DNA of 52,941 bases, taken from the NCBI RefSeq assembly GCF_000281045.1, contig NW_008246084.1:575770-628710 (forward strand). The letters run 5' to 3'. Position numbers and translations under genes: made by a program. The notes beneath the pieces were generated by a model, which had not been told where the DNA came from, searched no databases, and saw only the letters and a program-made list of their open reading frames with translations. Positions 11,780-24,100 of this stretch are shown piece after piece. How positions within the stretch are numbered: position 1 is the stretch's first letter; each line of letters opens with the position of its first letter. The DNA is from Saprolegnia diclina VS20. Taxonomy: Eukaryota.

Positions 11780-12083
11780 GCCACTTCAAAGGGCAAAGAT
11801 ATTTCGATAGGTCATGGCCAATCGGAGCGCGACCACTGGCTTCAAGTGGCATCCGATTGGATAACCATTCAGCTGGTTTTAGGTTCGCCACTCACGGCCC
11901 CACTTGGCTCTGTCCTGAGGCCCGTTCTTTCCCCCGAACAAGGTGGAGAGCAGCATCAACAATCGTAATTGAAAGAGCTCTTAGAAGCATTATTGAGCCA
12001 AAGCGGCAATCCATGGCGTCAAAGGCACTGCAAACTCGTTGCTGTCAAGGACACCAATTTTCGCTTATATCGATGACTAGAGA

Positions 12084-13913
12084 TCACTCGAGCCAGCGAC
12101 ATTGGCCGTGGTGGGGCTCGACGACGACGTAGGATAAGGCGCTGGTCGCATTGTCGACCTCAATCGTCACTTTGCAAAATGGTGCGTCGCCCTCGGTTTT
12201 GGCCATAATAACATTTGGCTGGTTCGTATCCAAGAGCCGCAGGAGGCTCACGCGAATGCATTCTGTCGCGCGGCCTTGCACGTTGAAGACGAGCACGTAG
12301 CAGTCGAGGCCCCGTTGACTGAGCCCCAGCGCACGCCGAAAACTCGGGTTGGCGTGGAACCACGCGTGCAGGTTCCCGCCATAGAAGAGGACATCGCGCG
12401 TCTGAGCCGCGGGCATGATTTGATATCGAAAGAGCATCCGGTGCTTCCAGTCGTTAAAGTCGAGCGACGCAAAGATCGAAACGAGATCGAGCCCTATCGC
12501 GTGCCACGTCACGATACAAATATCAAGATATCCACGTTAGCACCGGACGGCATCACGGTCGACCGAACGCGGGGGCAGCTTGCGAGGCCCAAAATGAAGG
12601 GCAGCGTTGCGATCGTACTGAGAAAGAACGTGGTCGCGTACCCGACTTCGATCGTGTGCGGGTCCGGCGCCTTGGCGTTGAATAACCAGAGGTACACGCG
12701 CGTGAAGAATGCACTTTGGCCTTGCTGGTACGTCATCGGGCCCGAGACGAGCATCGTCGCAAGCGAGACGAACGTCGGGTCGACAGGCGATACGCGCCGC
12801 TCCATGTGCAGTCGCTTCAGGATCGGCGACGCAATGGCGACGGCAAAATAGGCGATCCACACCTAGCTTCAGGTTCAGGTTCGGATTCACATTCCCATTC
12901 GACTCGAACCAGGCGGGAGAGGTAAATGCACCCGAGCATAAACTGCCACGTATCGTCCATTTGGACGGCTGCGAGCGTCGACGAGCCAATGACTGCGGCG
13001 CTGAGCCACACGTCGAGACTCATCACAAGCGTGATCCAAGGGTCGAGCAGAACGAGACTGGTGGGGTCCCCAAAAAACACTTCGCACCGGTGGCCCTCGA
13101 CGAGCGCGCAATCGCGCAACAGATCGCGACAGTGCCGAAAATAATCGAAATAGAGACGGTAGCCCAAGTAGATAACGAGGAGGAAGCGCCACGCGAGCTT
13201 GGTATACAGAAACGGGATCGACGGCCGCATGAAAAAGATGTTGTAGTACGTGTAGAGACCCGACGCCGTCAGCGTCTTATCGAGGTCGTTGCCGGGCGTA
13301 AGCCACGCGCAAATGATACTCTGTTCGATCCCGGCGACGACATTTTTTTGGCACGCGCTAAACGCGTCCACACGCGTCGCGTTGGGGCTCGCAGCGAACG
13401 CACAGAGTCGGTCTTCGAGGTTCACGCTCAAAATCGCGCCATTATTGAGCTTGGTCAGAAGATTCGAGCGGCATTTCTCCTGCGGAATTGGCTCCGAGAG
13501 GTTGAGCACCATGCGGTAAATGTCCGTGTTGGTTTTTGCGTCATGGCAGTAGGACGCGCCATCGAAGAATGTCTCGGGCGTATACCTCCACCATTTCGTG
13601 GCATTCGGCATCGCGACAAAGTTCATCGGTGCGTACCGGTTGTGGGCAAAACGGAGCCAGAACGCTTCGGCCTGCTGCCACGTCGCGACGGTCTCGAGCG
13701 ACGGCGGAGTCTCGAGCTGCCACGGAAAGTTCTCGTACAAGTAGGCTTGCAGTGGCTAATACAGTGCATGAGACGACGATAGTGTGCAGCGCTGGCTACC
13801 GTCAACAGGAGGTAGATGGCAATACAGGCGGTTGCGACCTTGGAACGCAAGTGCTGACGCGCCGGAGTGCCAGTCAAGCGTCGTGGCGCGGCCGCGGGGC
13901 TCACTTGCTGCAT
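12084..13913 (-). CDS. Uncharacterised multipass membrane protein, family copy 2 (multi-exon)
   Basis: Exons in ORFs 12817-13740, 12509-12862 and 12084-12512 are homologous to copies 1 and 3. INR-like TCATTTT lies just upstream of ATG 13913. Confidence 0.82.
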
Positions 13914-16093
13914 CGCAGTGTTGTAAAATGACAACTGTCTGTCTATTCTGGGGTGTCGGCGGTTGAGTTGAAGGCAAACGACGGCCGTTGCGGATAAAAT
14001 AGCGTGCACGAGGCACATGAACACTAGTACGACATGTACGACCAAGAAGACGGTCATCTCGACGGTCATCTCGACGGCGTTTGCGCGCCAAGTGCATGAA
14101 TCGAAAGTGGGCGGCGCAAGCTTCGCCCAAATCGCGTCGCTGCAGAAGGCTACGTTGGTCGAGCATTATTCACACGCGCAGCTCTGCTACCTACTGCACC
14201 ACCAGTGGCTCAAGTCTCCGGGACTTTTCCCCAACTCCAACCCGATCGTCGCCTTTCCTTCGTTTGGCCACTGCTCGCGCTTCCCGCTCATTGGTCCAGG
14301 ACTTGTGCGCGACATCAACTGCGGCGAAATGCGCCGCTTGGAGGCGCTGCTGCAAGCGGCCATGGCAGCGACGACGGCAACACACCTGTGCGGCGCTGCG
14401 GGTGCAAGCGCTCAAGGACGCTCGAACCTTTTTCAAACTAATGTAAATACATGTACTGCAGTGTGTATCGCAGCTTGCTCCGTTTCAATAAGCGATCCTT
14501 GCACAGCCGTTGAACTCTCGTTGAAACCGCGCGATCTGATTGGCCGAGGGGACAAATGTGGCCAAACAATCCACGCTTCCCATTGGTGGAACGAAAATAG
14601 TGTAAGACGCTCCGGATCTTTGGCGCGGATTGCGGCTCTTCGTGCTGCGGCGCGATGAGCTCGACCTCGCGTGTGTGATGCAACTCCTGCCCGCCCCGTA
14701 TAACGATGGGAGCATAGCATGTTTACTGCTGCATTAGACATATAGGCATGAGATCTTGTGGTAAGCGCCTTGTAGCATCACGGACACTTGATCGTGTTGG
14801 TGTCCAACATACGAGTACGCACGACAGACGCATGATCATGTTGGTGTTTAGAGCACGCTGAGCAAAATGACATCAGACAAACGACAGCCAAAGTGACGTC
14901 GATCTACCTACCGGCAAGCAGAAAGTCGATGGGTGCCACAGCACCCGTGGGCATCGATGGGAAAGGAAATGCATTACGCGGTCGGGTTTACTAGATCGTA
15001 GCCGCAGCTGAAGTTTGATCTTATTCCAGGGTGTGCTCATCACCGCCGGGCACACGTTGTCGAGAGACTTTCTCAGCGGCGGCGGCGTGAAGCTGGTGGC
15101 ATCTTCGAGGTCCGCCTCGGCGTCTCCGCCTCCAGCATCGTCGTTCGCATCGCGGGTGGCCTCGGTGGCTGGCCTCGCCACGTGGAGCTTTCGCACTGGG
15201 CGATCGAGGCGACGGCGATAGCGCGGCACGTACTCGCAGTGCATTTCGTGTCTCCGACTAAAGGCGCAGTCGAGGTAGGCCGGGGCTGCATTTGGCGACA
15301 TAAGCCAAGTCTTCTGATCCGACCGATTCGCTCAGGTTGGAGCCTTGCGCGTCGGCGCGTCCTGCGGCGCCTCCATGTTCTTGCTTGTGGCTCCGACGGT
15401 CTCCACAAAATTACAAATCGCGTCCAATGAATACGCAGTACAGAGTAAATTGCGACCAGTCATATCCGAACATATCAAATATATATCACTTATCGCAACC
15501 TGGATAAGCCAAAATGGGTCCGGAGGGGTAGGTTTGGAAGGGATTTGGAGTTGGCCGGGTTGAAATTGTTTGGGACATACAAATTCCAAGTATATTGTTT
15601 GGACACCACCTTTGTCGTACCGGTATGGGCCACCACGCAAGCGGAGTGCTGATGGGTACCACTCCCAACGTCCGACGAATGCCTTCTCTTCCAGTGGCTG
15701 CCCCTGCTTCCTTTCTTCTCTTTTCTTTCGTGCCGTGTCCAAACAATTGGAGAATGCCTCACGTATGGTGCATTCGCCCAAAGAATTGCTGACGTCTGTA
15801 GCAACTAACTTTCGACTAACAGCACACTGCCTGGAGCAACCCGATGACTCATATGCTACTCTTTTATGCTGGTTCTCGCCTCTCGACGACACGGACAAGA
15901 GCGACGACGTCATTGCCACAACCATTAAAATAGAATTATGCCCTTCCCCGCTGCTGTTTGGACACCTTTAATAGCTAATGGTGTCGCCCGTTTTGAAGTC
16001 TCAAGGCTCGAGTTGGACCGTGGCTCAGGTGCAGCGGCGCGCAAACCCCGACATACTCGATAAACGCATAATGATATGAAAACACAAGCCGGT

Positions 16094-17933
16094 TTACTCT
16101 ATCCAGTGGCACTGGCCGTGGGGCGGCTCGATGACCACAAACGAAATCGCGCGGGTCGTCGTGTTGGCTTCAATCGTCAGGTGCCCAAAGGGTGCTTCTT
16201 CGTCGGCCTTGGCAATGACGAGGCTCGTTTGCGTCTTGTCGACGCAGCTATACAAGCTCACGCGAATGCAGTCGCACGGCAGATCGTCGTGGGCTGCGTA
16301 CACCACGATATAGCAGTCGAGACCGCGCTGGCTCAAGCTCGGGAACTTGCGAAAGTTGGGGTACGCGTCGTAAAAGCTGTAGATGGTACCCCCGAAATGG
16401 TGTAGTCGGCGGTACTTGGCACGACACCGCAGCTGCAGCGCCCAGAGAAACCGGTGCTTGACATCATTAAACGATGGAAGGGCATAGCGCAGCACCATAT
16501 ACGTCTCTACTCCAATAAGAACCAATAAGATGACGCGGCTAAGCGCTCAGATTACATACCGGTGGGGACAACGGTCGACTGCATGGAGGGACATGAGGCC
16601 AAGCCCAAGACAATGGGCGTCAAGGCGACCGAGCAGAGGAAGAAGAAGATACCGTAGCCAATCTCGATCGTGTGCGGGTCCGGCGCCTTGGTGTTGAAAA
16701 GCCAGAGGTACAGGCGCGTAAAGAAGACACTTTGACCTTGCTGGTACGTCAACGGACCGGCAATGAGCGTCGCTGTGATCGACACGAGGGTCGGGTCCAC
16801 GGGCGTGAAGCGGCCCTCCAGGTGCAGTCGCTTCAGGATCCGTGACGCGATAGCGAGAGAAAAATAAGCGATCCATTCCTATCGAACGCATAGTTCCAAC
16901 AGTATCAAGTTGATACAAATCATACCATGCGCGCGAGGTAGAGACAGCCAAGCAGAAACTGCCACGTGTCGTCCATTTGGGCGGCTGCGAGCGTCGACGA
17001 TCCAATGACCGCGGCGCTGAGCCATACGTCGAGACTCATCACAAGTGTGATCCATGGGTCGAGCAGAATGAGACTGGTGGGGTCCCCAAAAAATACTTCG
17101 CACCGAGGGCCCTCGACGAGTGCGCAGTCGCGCAGCAGCTCGCGGCAGTGCCGAAAATAATCGAAGTAGAGACGGTACCCAATTTGCATGACGAGCGCAA
17201 CACGCCACGTAAGCTTGGCGTACAGAAACGGGATCGATGGCCGCATGAGGAAGATGTTGTAGTACGTATAGAGCCCGCTGGTGCTGCTGCTGTTGGCGTG
17301 CAGTGTGAGGTCGTCGCCGGGTGCGAGCCACACACAGACGACGCTTTGCTGGATCCCACCGAGTTTGTTGTCCTGGCACGCCCCGACCGACGCTGCCAAC
17401 GACGCGTTCGGGCTCGCAGCAAAGTTGCAAAGTGTCTCTTGGAGCCCATTGCTCAAAATCGCGCCGTTGTTGAGCTTGGTCAAAAAGTTGGAGTGACATT
17501 TCTCAAGCGGAATTGGCTCCAAGAGGTTGAGCACCATGCGGTAAATGTCCGTGTTGGTCGTCGGGTCGTGGCTGTAGGACGTACCATCGAGAAACGTCTC
17601 GGACGTAAACCTAGAGGAAATGGCTGATGACGCAAACTCCATGCAAGACAAAGGTACCGGTCTTTGGCAAAGAGGAGCCAGAACGCCTCGGTTTGAGCCC
17701 ACGTGGCGTTGGGCATGAGCACTGGCGGCGGGTCCAGCGCCCACGGTAGATCCTCGTACACATATGCATGCAGCGGCTACCAAGACACCATGTCGTTTGA
17801 AATTGCGTTGAGACCGTACCGCACTTGCCACGTAGGCGCCAACAAGACTCGCGAGAAGAAGCGATACGAGATTGAGCTGCACGGGCGTGCCGCCGGAAGG
17901 CTGCGGCGACATCGACGGCGTCACACGCTGCAT
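16094..17933 (-). CDS. Uncharacterised multipass membrane protein, family copy 3 (multi-exon)
   Basis: Exons in ORFs 16920-17966, 16552-16800 and 16094-16525. The central part is very similar to copy 2 at DNA level. Confidence 0.82.
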
Positions 17934-18155
17934 GCCTGATCGACAACGAAGTGGCTTCTCTATCAAATAGACTTAAAATAGCGTCCGCAACGGACCTGTC
18001 AAGCAACTAAGAACCTCGTCATATGACCAGTGACGTCAAGTGATACACAACTCGAGTGACCTGAGGAATCGACAAGAAATGATTATAGCCGAGCATTTGC
18101 ATTGCCTTCGTCTTAGAGCCAACAAAATCCAAGTGCAAAAACGTTATGCAGAAGC

Positions 18156-20994
18156 TCACAAGACGACGTAGGTAGCCGGGCCCTTCCCGCCGTCCTCACT
18201 TTCCAACCCGGACGTATTCATGCGGCGGAGCGAAGGTGCGTGGAGCATCGACGCGTTCCACTTGGCGCGCGTTGCGAGCGCGTCGACAAATGCACGCAGC
18301 GCATGGCTCGAGTCTTCCTTCTTCTTGGTCTTCTTGGGTTCTTCGTCGGCTTCATTGGACGTGGCTTGGGCGACCATGTCGGCGAACAGCCCGTTTGGCA
18401 CTTCAACTAGGTCGTCGTAGCTGCCTTGCTCGGCCACGATGCCGCGGTTGAGCACGAGAATTAAGTCGGCGTGGCGCGCCGTCGACAAGCGGTGCGTCAC
18501 CTAATCCAACCAGTCAAGTACCTCTCCACTCGATACCTTGATAGAATCCTACCGAGAGAATCGTCATGCGCATGGTCTTGGACAAACGCTCGAGCGTGCG
18601 GACGATCGACGCTTCAGTCTCCGGGTCCAGCGCACTCGTCGCCTCGTCCAGCAAAAGGAGACTCGGCTGCCGCACGAGCGCCCGCGCCAAGCACACGCGC
18701 TGGACCTGCCCGCCGCTCATGTTGCACGTCGCGTGCTGCCCCATGACCGTGTGATACCCGTCCTGGAGCGTCACGATAAACTTGTCGGCTTCGGCGAGCT
18801 TGGCAGCTTCCATGCACTCGGCGTCGGTCGCATCGAGCTTGCCATACCGAATGTTGTCCAGGATCGTGCCGTTGAGAATGCCACCATCTTGGAAAACAAC
18901 CGCGGTCTCGGCCATGACGCTGGGTTTCGTGAAGCGGCGAAGGTCCGTGCCATCGACCGATATCGCACCGGCCTTCAAGTCGACCGACTGCATGAGGCAG
19001 TTGAGGAGAGAGCTCTTCCCGCACCCGCTTGGCCCCACGATGCACGTGTACGCACCCTTGGGCACACTCGCCGTGAGACCGTTGAGCACTAGCGGGCCCG
19101 TCGGCGTGTACTGAAAGACAACGTCGTGGAAACGCAGTTCGGATGCGAGCGGCGGCATGACGTCCGTGCCCAGCGACGACGAGGACGACGACGATGCCGG
19201 TGACAGCGCCAAGAGCTGGTCGATGCGCTGGAGGCTCGATGCATTCCCGATCGCAACGCGCATAAAACCACCGAGAATGGTGACCGGCGTCGAGATGCGC
19301 GCGAGCATCGTCACAAACGAAAAGAACTCACCGGCCGAGAGACTGCCGTGGCGGACTTGGATGGCAAGCCCCGCGGTCATCGTCGCGACAAAGATGTACA
19401 TGGCCGACTCGACGTAGATCTGCACAATGCCGCTCCAAAAGTCCTTGGCAAACTGCGCGATTTGAAGCGTCGCAACGACGGCCTTGAACTTGCCGACGAG
19501 CGTGGTCTCGAGCGCGTACGCACGCACGACCTAGCGAGATCAAAAAATGAGGTTTGGTCTAGAAAAACACGAAAAATGAAAATATACCTTTTGACACGCG
19601 ACCGCGTTGGCAAAGTCCGACGCGACGTAGGCATTTTTCGAGCCAAAGAGCTTGCTCTGCTTGGCCGCAAAGCCCTGCGGACCGGACGTGACGAGCACGA
19701 GCGCGAAGGCGAACGAGAGGAGCCCGAGCCACGGCTTGTAGTAGAGAAGGTACCCAAAGCCAAAGGCAATCGAGACGCACGGATTGATGAGGTTCCAAAA
19801 CACGGCTTGCCAGAGCCCGTTGACGCGCGCGAGGTCGCTCTGGAAGACGTTGTTGAGGTCGCCGTCCGAGCGCGTGAGGAAGAACGCTGCGCTCTGGCGC
19901 AGCACCGTGTCGAGGAGCGACGTCTGCACTTGAGAAGTCGCTTTCGAGATCATCTTGGACTGGAAGTAGCCCATGAGCGCATCGCCAAAGGCAAACGGGA
20001 TGCAGAGGCAGAGGAGCCCGGTCACGCCGGTCGCCAAGGCCGCGTCCAAGTCGGCGTCCGAGATTGACGCATTGGCCGAGGCACCGTACGCAGGGAACGC
20101 GTGGTCGGCGAGGTGGTTGAGGACATAGGCTTGGATCGGGTTGATGCTCGCGTTGATGCAGACCACGAGACACACCATGAAGAGGTCGCAGCGCTGCGTG
20201 GACCAGTGCGTGAGCGTGCTCCGGACCACGTCGAGCGTCCCGTACGCGTGCGTCGACGCGTCAATGTTGCGCAAGTACGAGAGAAAGTCGGATGTTGGCA
20301 CGTCCTTGGGCTTGTACAAGAGCGCTTTCTCAAGAAACACGAGCAACTTGTCATGCGTCATGTCGCCCGCGTCGTTGCCGACAGCGAGCATCGAGAGATC
20401 GCGGTCGAGCGCGTCGATGGCCGACGGCGCCATGCCCGGGATGCGGCGCAGGCTGAGGCGCACGCTCGCGACCGAAATGTGAATGCGCTCAAAGTCGGCG
20501 CGGAACTTGTGAAACTTTTTCGAGAACGTGCGCGCACGCGGCTTGAGCACAATGTGAATCGCGGCCAAGAGAAAGTACGCGAGCACGCAGTTGTAGACGT
20601 GCGCGGCCAAGTACACGCGAAGGTACAGGAAGCTCGCCATCGCGAGAAGCACGACCAAGTCGAGCACCGACGCCACCGACGTGCAGAGCAAGGTGCGCAG
20701 CGTCAAGAGGCGCACGATCGTGTCGGCGAGGTAGATGGCCATGCAGCCGCACGAGAGCGTCACTGAGAGGACCACGTACCACTCAAAGCGGTCGAGGCTC
20801 GGCGACGTGAACGCGAGGAACACCATTTGCCCGAGAAAGTCCGTGAACGCAATGAGCATGTACGTGTAGTGGCACTTGCGCATGTCGAGCAGCCGAAGCA
20901 GCTTGACGCGGGCGTCGAGGAGGTGCGACGGCGACGCGGTCTTGAGCGCGCTGCCGTACGTCGTCGTCTCCGCCAGCTCGTGAACGTCGGCCAT
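18156..20994 (-). CDS. Half-size ABCB-type ABC transporter with N-terminal voltage-sensor-like domain; introns 19531-19587 and 18501-18552
   Basis: Walker A GPSGCGKS, Q-loop VFQD, signature MSGGQ, Walker B LLLLDE, D-loop SALD and H-loop VTH. A ~6-TM ABC membrane domain precedes the NBD. Splicing joins ACQK|VVRAY and ILS|VTHR in frame. Confidence 0.93.
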
Positions 20995-21678
20995 CGATCC
21001 AAGCCAGAAAGTGAGCCTGGGGTGGCCAGCGCAAGGATTTTAATGCAGAAATTTAAATAGCACTTGCCTATTGTAAGAAAGATGCGTAATTCCAATTAAA
21101 ATACCTACGCCCACCACATATCACCCACAATCGGCTGGAAGAAGTGCAACCATCTGCTTCGTCGAATGTAGAAAGATGAAGGCTATGACGTGGCAGACGC
21201 AGACGACGAGAGGCGGTGCTGGCCGCACAATCGGTCTCAGCGAACAGGACCAAAAGCTCGATTGGTGACACCGCTGACCCTAATCAAGGTGCATGACGTA
21301 ACTTTTTTGGTCGGTCGCGTGGGGTTGCGGACCTTTGACGAGCAGTCACGACACATTGTGGCGATGCTGGGCAGCTCATGATTCGAATGGACCGGGCTGT
21401 GACGATTTTTCTGGTGTTCTTTCACGTTACCTGCATGAGTATTGTGTTGATGGATGGCCGTATTGCTATTTAGTCCCTTCTTACTGGTATTGATGATCGG
21501 TTCTACACTATCCTGACATTGTACACCATTGGTCGACGCTCGAGGTTATGTCCACCACGACAATAATGGGCATGGCGACTTCGTAGTCAAGTCAACGCTC
21601 CAGACGATGCCACGTGTCGGTGCGCGGATTGGCTGGATGGAGCCAATCCACGCGCGAGAATACGAAACCCCCAGCAGT

Positions 21679-23613
21679 ATGTATGCCCACCAGCGCATTG
21701 GTACCCGCCCACGCGCTACGATCGCTGACCTCGGGTGTAGGCATTTTCTGTCACTTAACGTCGTTCGTGCTCGTGTGCTACACGCTCAAGAACACCAACT
21801 GGGCCTACGATGCGGCCAGCCTCACGGGCATCGGGCTCTACGACCTCGGGGTGCGACGAGCGCCGCTCCTGGATGCTGCAAGATGCTCTTAGGGCGTTGG
21901 AGTCTCGATCAAACTCGTCGATGCAGGGGTCAGCAAGCTCGGCTACGACGTTGTGGACCCCAACAAGTGGCCTGCCTCGTCGTCTGCTTTCTGGTCGGTC
22001 CCAGAATACAAATCCTCCGCTCACAGACCTCCATCGCCTAGTGCCATCGCATCGGTCGCAGCGCACGATCCATGGTGTCACTCGGCGGCGGAGTGTGCGC
22101 GCGCCTTTCATGCATTTGCCTTGCTCGCTGCCATGGGTGGGCTCTACGTGAGCACCCACGTCGTGCTCAACCGCCGGTACCCGTCGTGGGACGGTGCGGG
22201 CCGCGCCGCGACCTTGCCGTGGGCCACGTTCCTTAGCTTTGTCCAAAGCGTGTCGCTGCTTCTCGTAGTGATCGCGTGGGCCGTCGCGCAAAGTAAGTCG
22301 ACGCCAAAAGTTCAGTTGTATGCAGTCGATGTTAGGTGCCATGGACAAGGTGTGCATTGCCGACAAACGGGCCAAGTCCGAGTGCGTAACGCTCTCGACA
22401 GCGTTCACGATCGCGCTCGTCAACGTCTTTCTCTCACTGTTTGTGTTTGGTCTCTGGCGCGTCAGTCACAAATGGCTCGTACGTCGGAGTTACCCAAGTC
22501 GATGGACGAGTTTGACATTCAGGTGTAGGAAGCCAAGGCGTCCGGGGCCCTCATGGACAGCTTCATTTTGGCCGCGAAAACAGGTTTGACACATACTTGT
22601 CGACGGCAACAAAGCCTCCGTGATGCCTAGACGACTTGGACGAGGCGTTGGCAATCATCGCAGGTCGCGCCGACCTAGATGCCCTCGGGACTGACGGGCG
22701 CAATGCGCTGCACTGGGCCGCGGCCCTCAACCGCAGTGCCGTCGTGCACGTCTTGCTCAAGAAAGGCGCGCACATCAGCCGCAGCGACGTACGCCGTGTC
22801 GTTGCGAGGGTCGGCAATATCGTTTATGGAGCGTAGAAGGACGGGTGGACGCCACTGCATTGGGCGAGGTAACTCCCGATACATTGTCGCTGTTACCCAT
22901 CGATGCCAGTCGTATGGGCAACCCGGATGTGGTGCGATTGCTTGTGAAACACGGCGCTGATGTCAACGCCAAAGACCCATGGGGCACGACGCCGCTCATG
23001 CTCAGTGTGCTCGGCAAAAGCAAGACGAGCACCATGTGCCTTCTCGAGCTCGGTGCGCACATCAATGCCCGCAACGTACATTGCCGTTTTGTATCAAGTT
23101 GATACATTTTCGTGATGTAGGTCTTTGGACAAACCGTGCTCATGATGTGTGCGCAAGAAGACGCCGAGATGCACGCCTTTGTGGTCTTGCTCGTCAACGC
23201 CAACGCAACCTTGAGGCTACGCGACGTACCACCACGTTCATTGGACGATAGATATATTTACTGATGCGGTCGTAGAGCCAAGGTATGAATGTGTTGCATT
23301 ACGCAGCCGGCGCGGGCCTCAAGAACATTGCTGCCACACTTCTCGAGTGCTGCACGCCAGCCGAGCTCGGGCAGCTCAACAAGGTCGGACTGAAACTGGA
23401 CGCGGCCGTTGGGACTCGTATATGATGGCCTAGTTTGGCGATTCGCCGCTCCACGAGGCGCGGCTTCGACAGCGCAAGACGACGGCTGCCATATTGGAAG
23501 GCAACCCGAACGGGATGGCCGAGGCGTCGAGTGAAGACGAAGAGAGCGACGAGTACGAGCTGCGGTCGGACGTGAGCGATTCGAGCGACTCGGGCGACGA
23601 AAGGACATGGTAG
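21679..23613 (+). CDS. Four-TM (claudin/PMP22-like) membrane protein with C-terminal ankyrin repeats and acidic tail (multi-exon; start uncertain)
   Basis: Spliced exons give four hydrophobic helices, then ankyrin motifs GRNALHWAA, GWTPLH, GADVNAKDPWGTTPLM and GQTVLM, ending EDEESDEY...ERTW*. Confidence 0.7.
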
Positions 23614-23650
23614 CACACACTTAATACTACTAGTAGGTTATATAATTAGA

Positions 23651-24100
23651 TTAGATCTTCAATTTACTTTGCATCGTCTCGGCCTTTATGTGCAGGAGCT
23701 TGGCACGCGCCGCTTGGCGCTGCCGCACGTCACTCGTATGCTCGTGCAAAATGTGCAAAATTGGCTTCAAGCCGCGCTGTCGGGCCAATGTAAACGCGCT
23801 AGGCGTAATCCACTTGGGCTCGTGCTCGACAAGACAGAGCACGCTCTCGGGCCGGTTCTCAATGATAGCCTGGTGTAGCATGAAGCGCGTGTCGGTCAAC
23901 GACGAGAGCAGCATCGAGCGGAGGAGGCCAAAGACGCTGTACATGCCATCTTCCTGCATCTCGGTCACAAAAGCGCGCCACGCTTGGTATTCGACTCGAA
24001 CGGCGTGCGTCACACCGCCTTGATAGGCCACGACTTCTCGGACCAGTGCCGGGTTGCCCAGGACGGCGTGGCTAGGAGGTAGTGAGAGGGCGCGGGGCAT
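23651..24100 (-). CDS. Small hypothetical protein with a single degenerate ankyrin-like segment
   Basis: 149-aa ORF from ATG 24100. N-terminal VL.NP.L...V.AYQGG motif as in Saprolegniales ankyrin-type proteins (from memory); MLHQAIIENR resembles one ankyrin helix pair. Confidence 0.55.
   Translation of the reverse strand: MPRALSLPPSHAVLGNPALVREVVAYQGGVTHAVRVEYQAWRAFVTEMQEDGMYSVFGLLRSMLLSSLTDTRFMLHQAIIENRPESVLCLVEHEPKWITPSAFTLARQRGLKPILHILHEHTSDVRQRQAARAKLLHIKAETMQSKLKI

Noticed and set aside
13593..13656. Apparent intron gain in family copy 3 relative to copy 2
   Set aside because: Copy 2 has a GT...AG segment at the same position that happens to be in frame and stop-free, and copy 1 has one too, so the intron is probably shared.
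14049..14077. 12-bp tandem repeat GACGGTCATCTC x2.4
   Set aside because: Simple local slippage duplication; no spacers, not CRISPR-like.
14017..15971. ORFs between family copies 2 and 3 (e.g. 14873-15301, 15332-15925)
   Set aside because: No recognisable domain or consistent codon bias; may be decayed sequence but cannot be supported.
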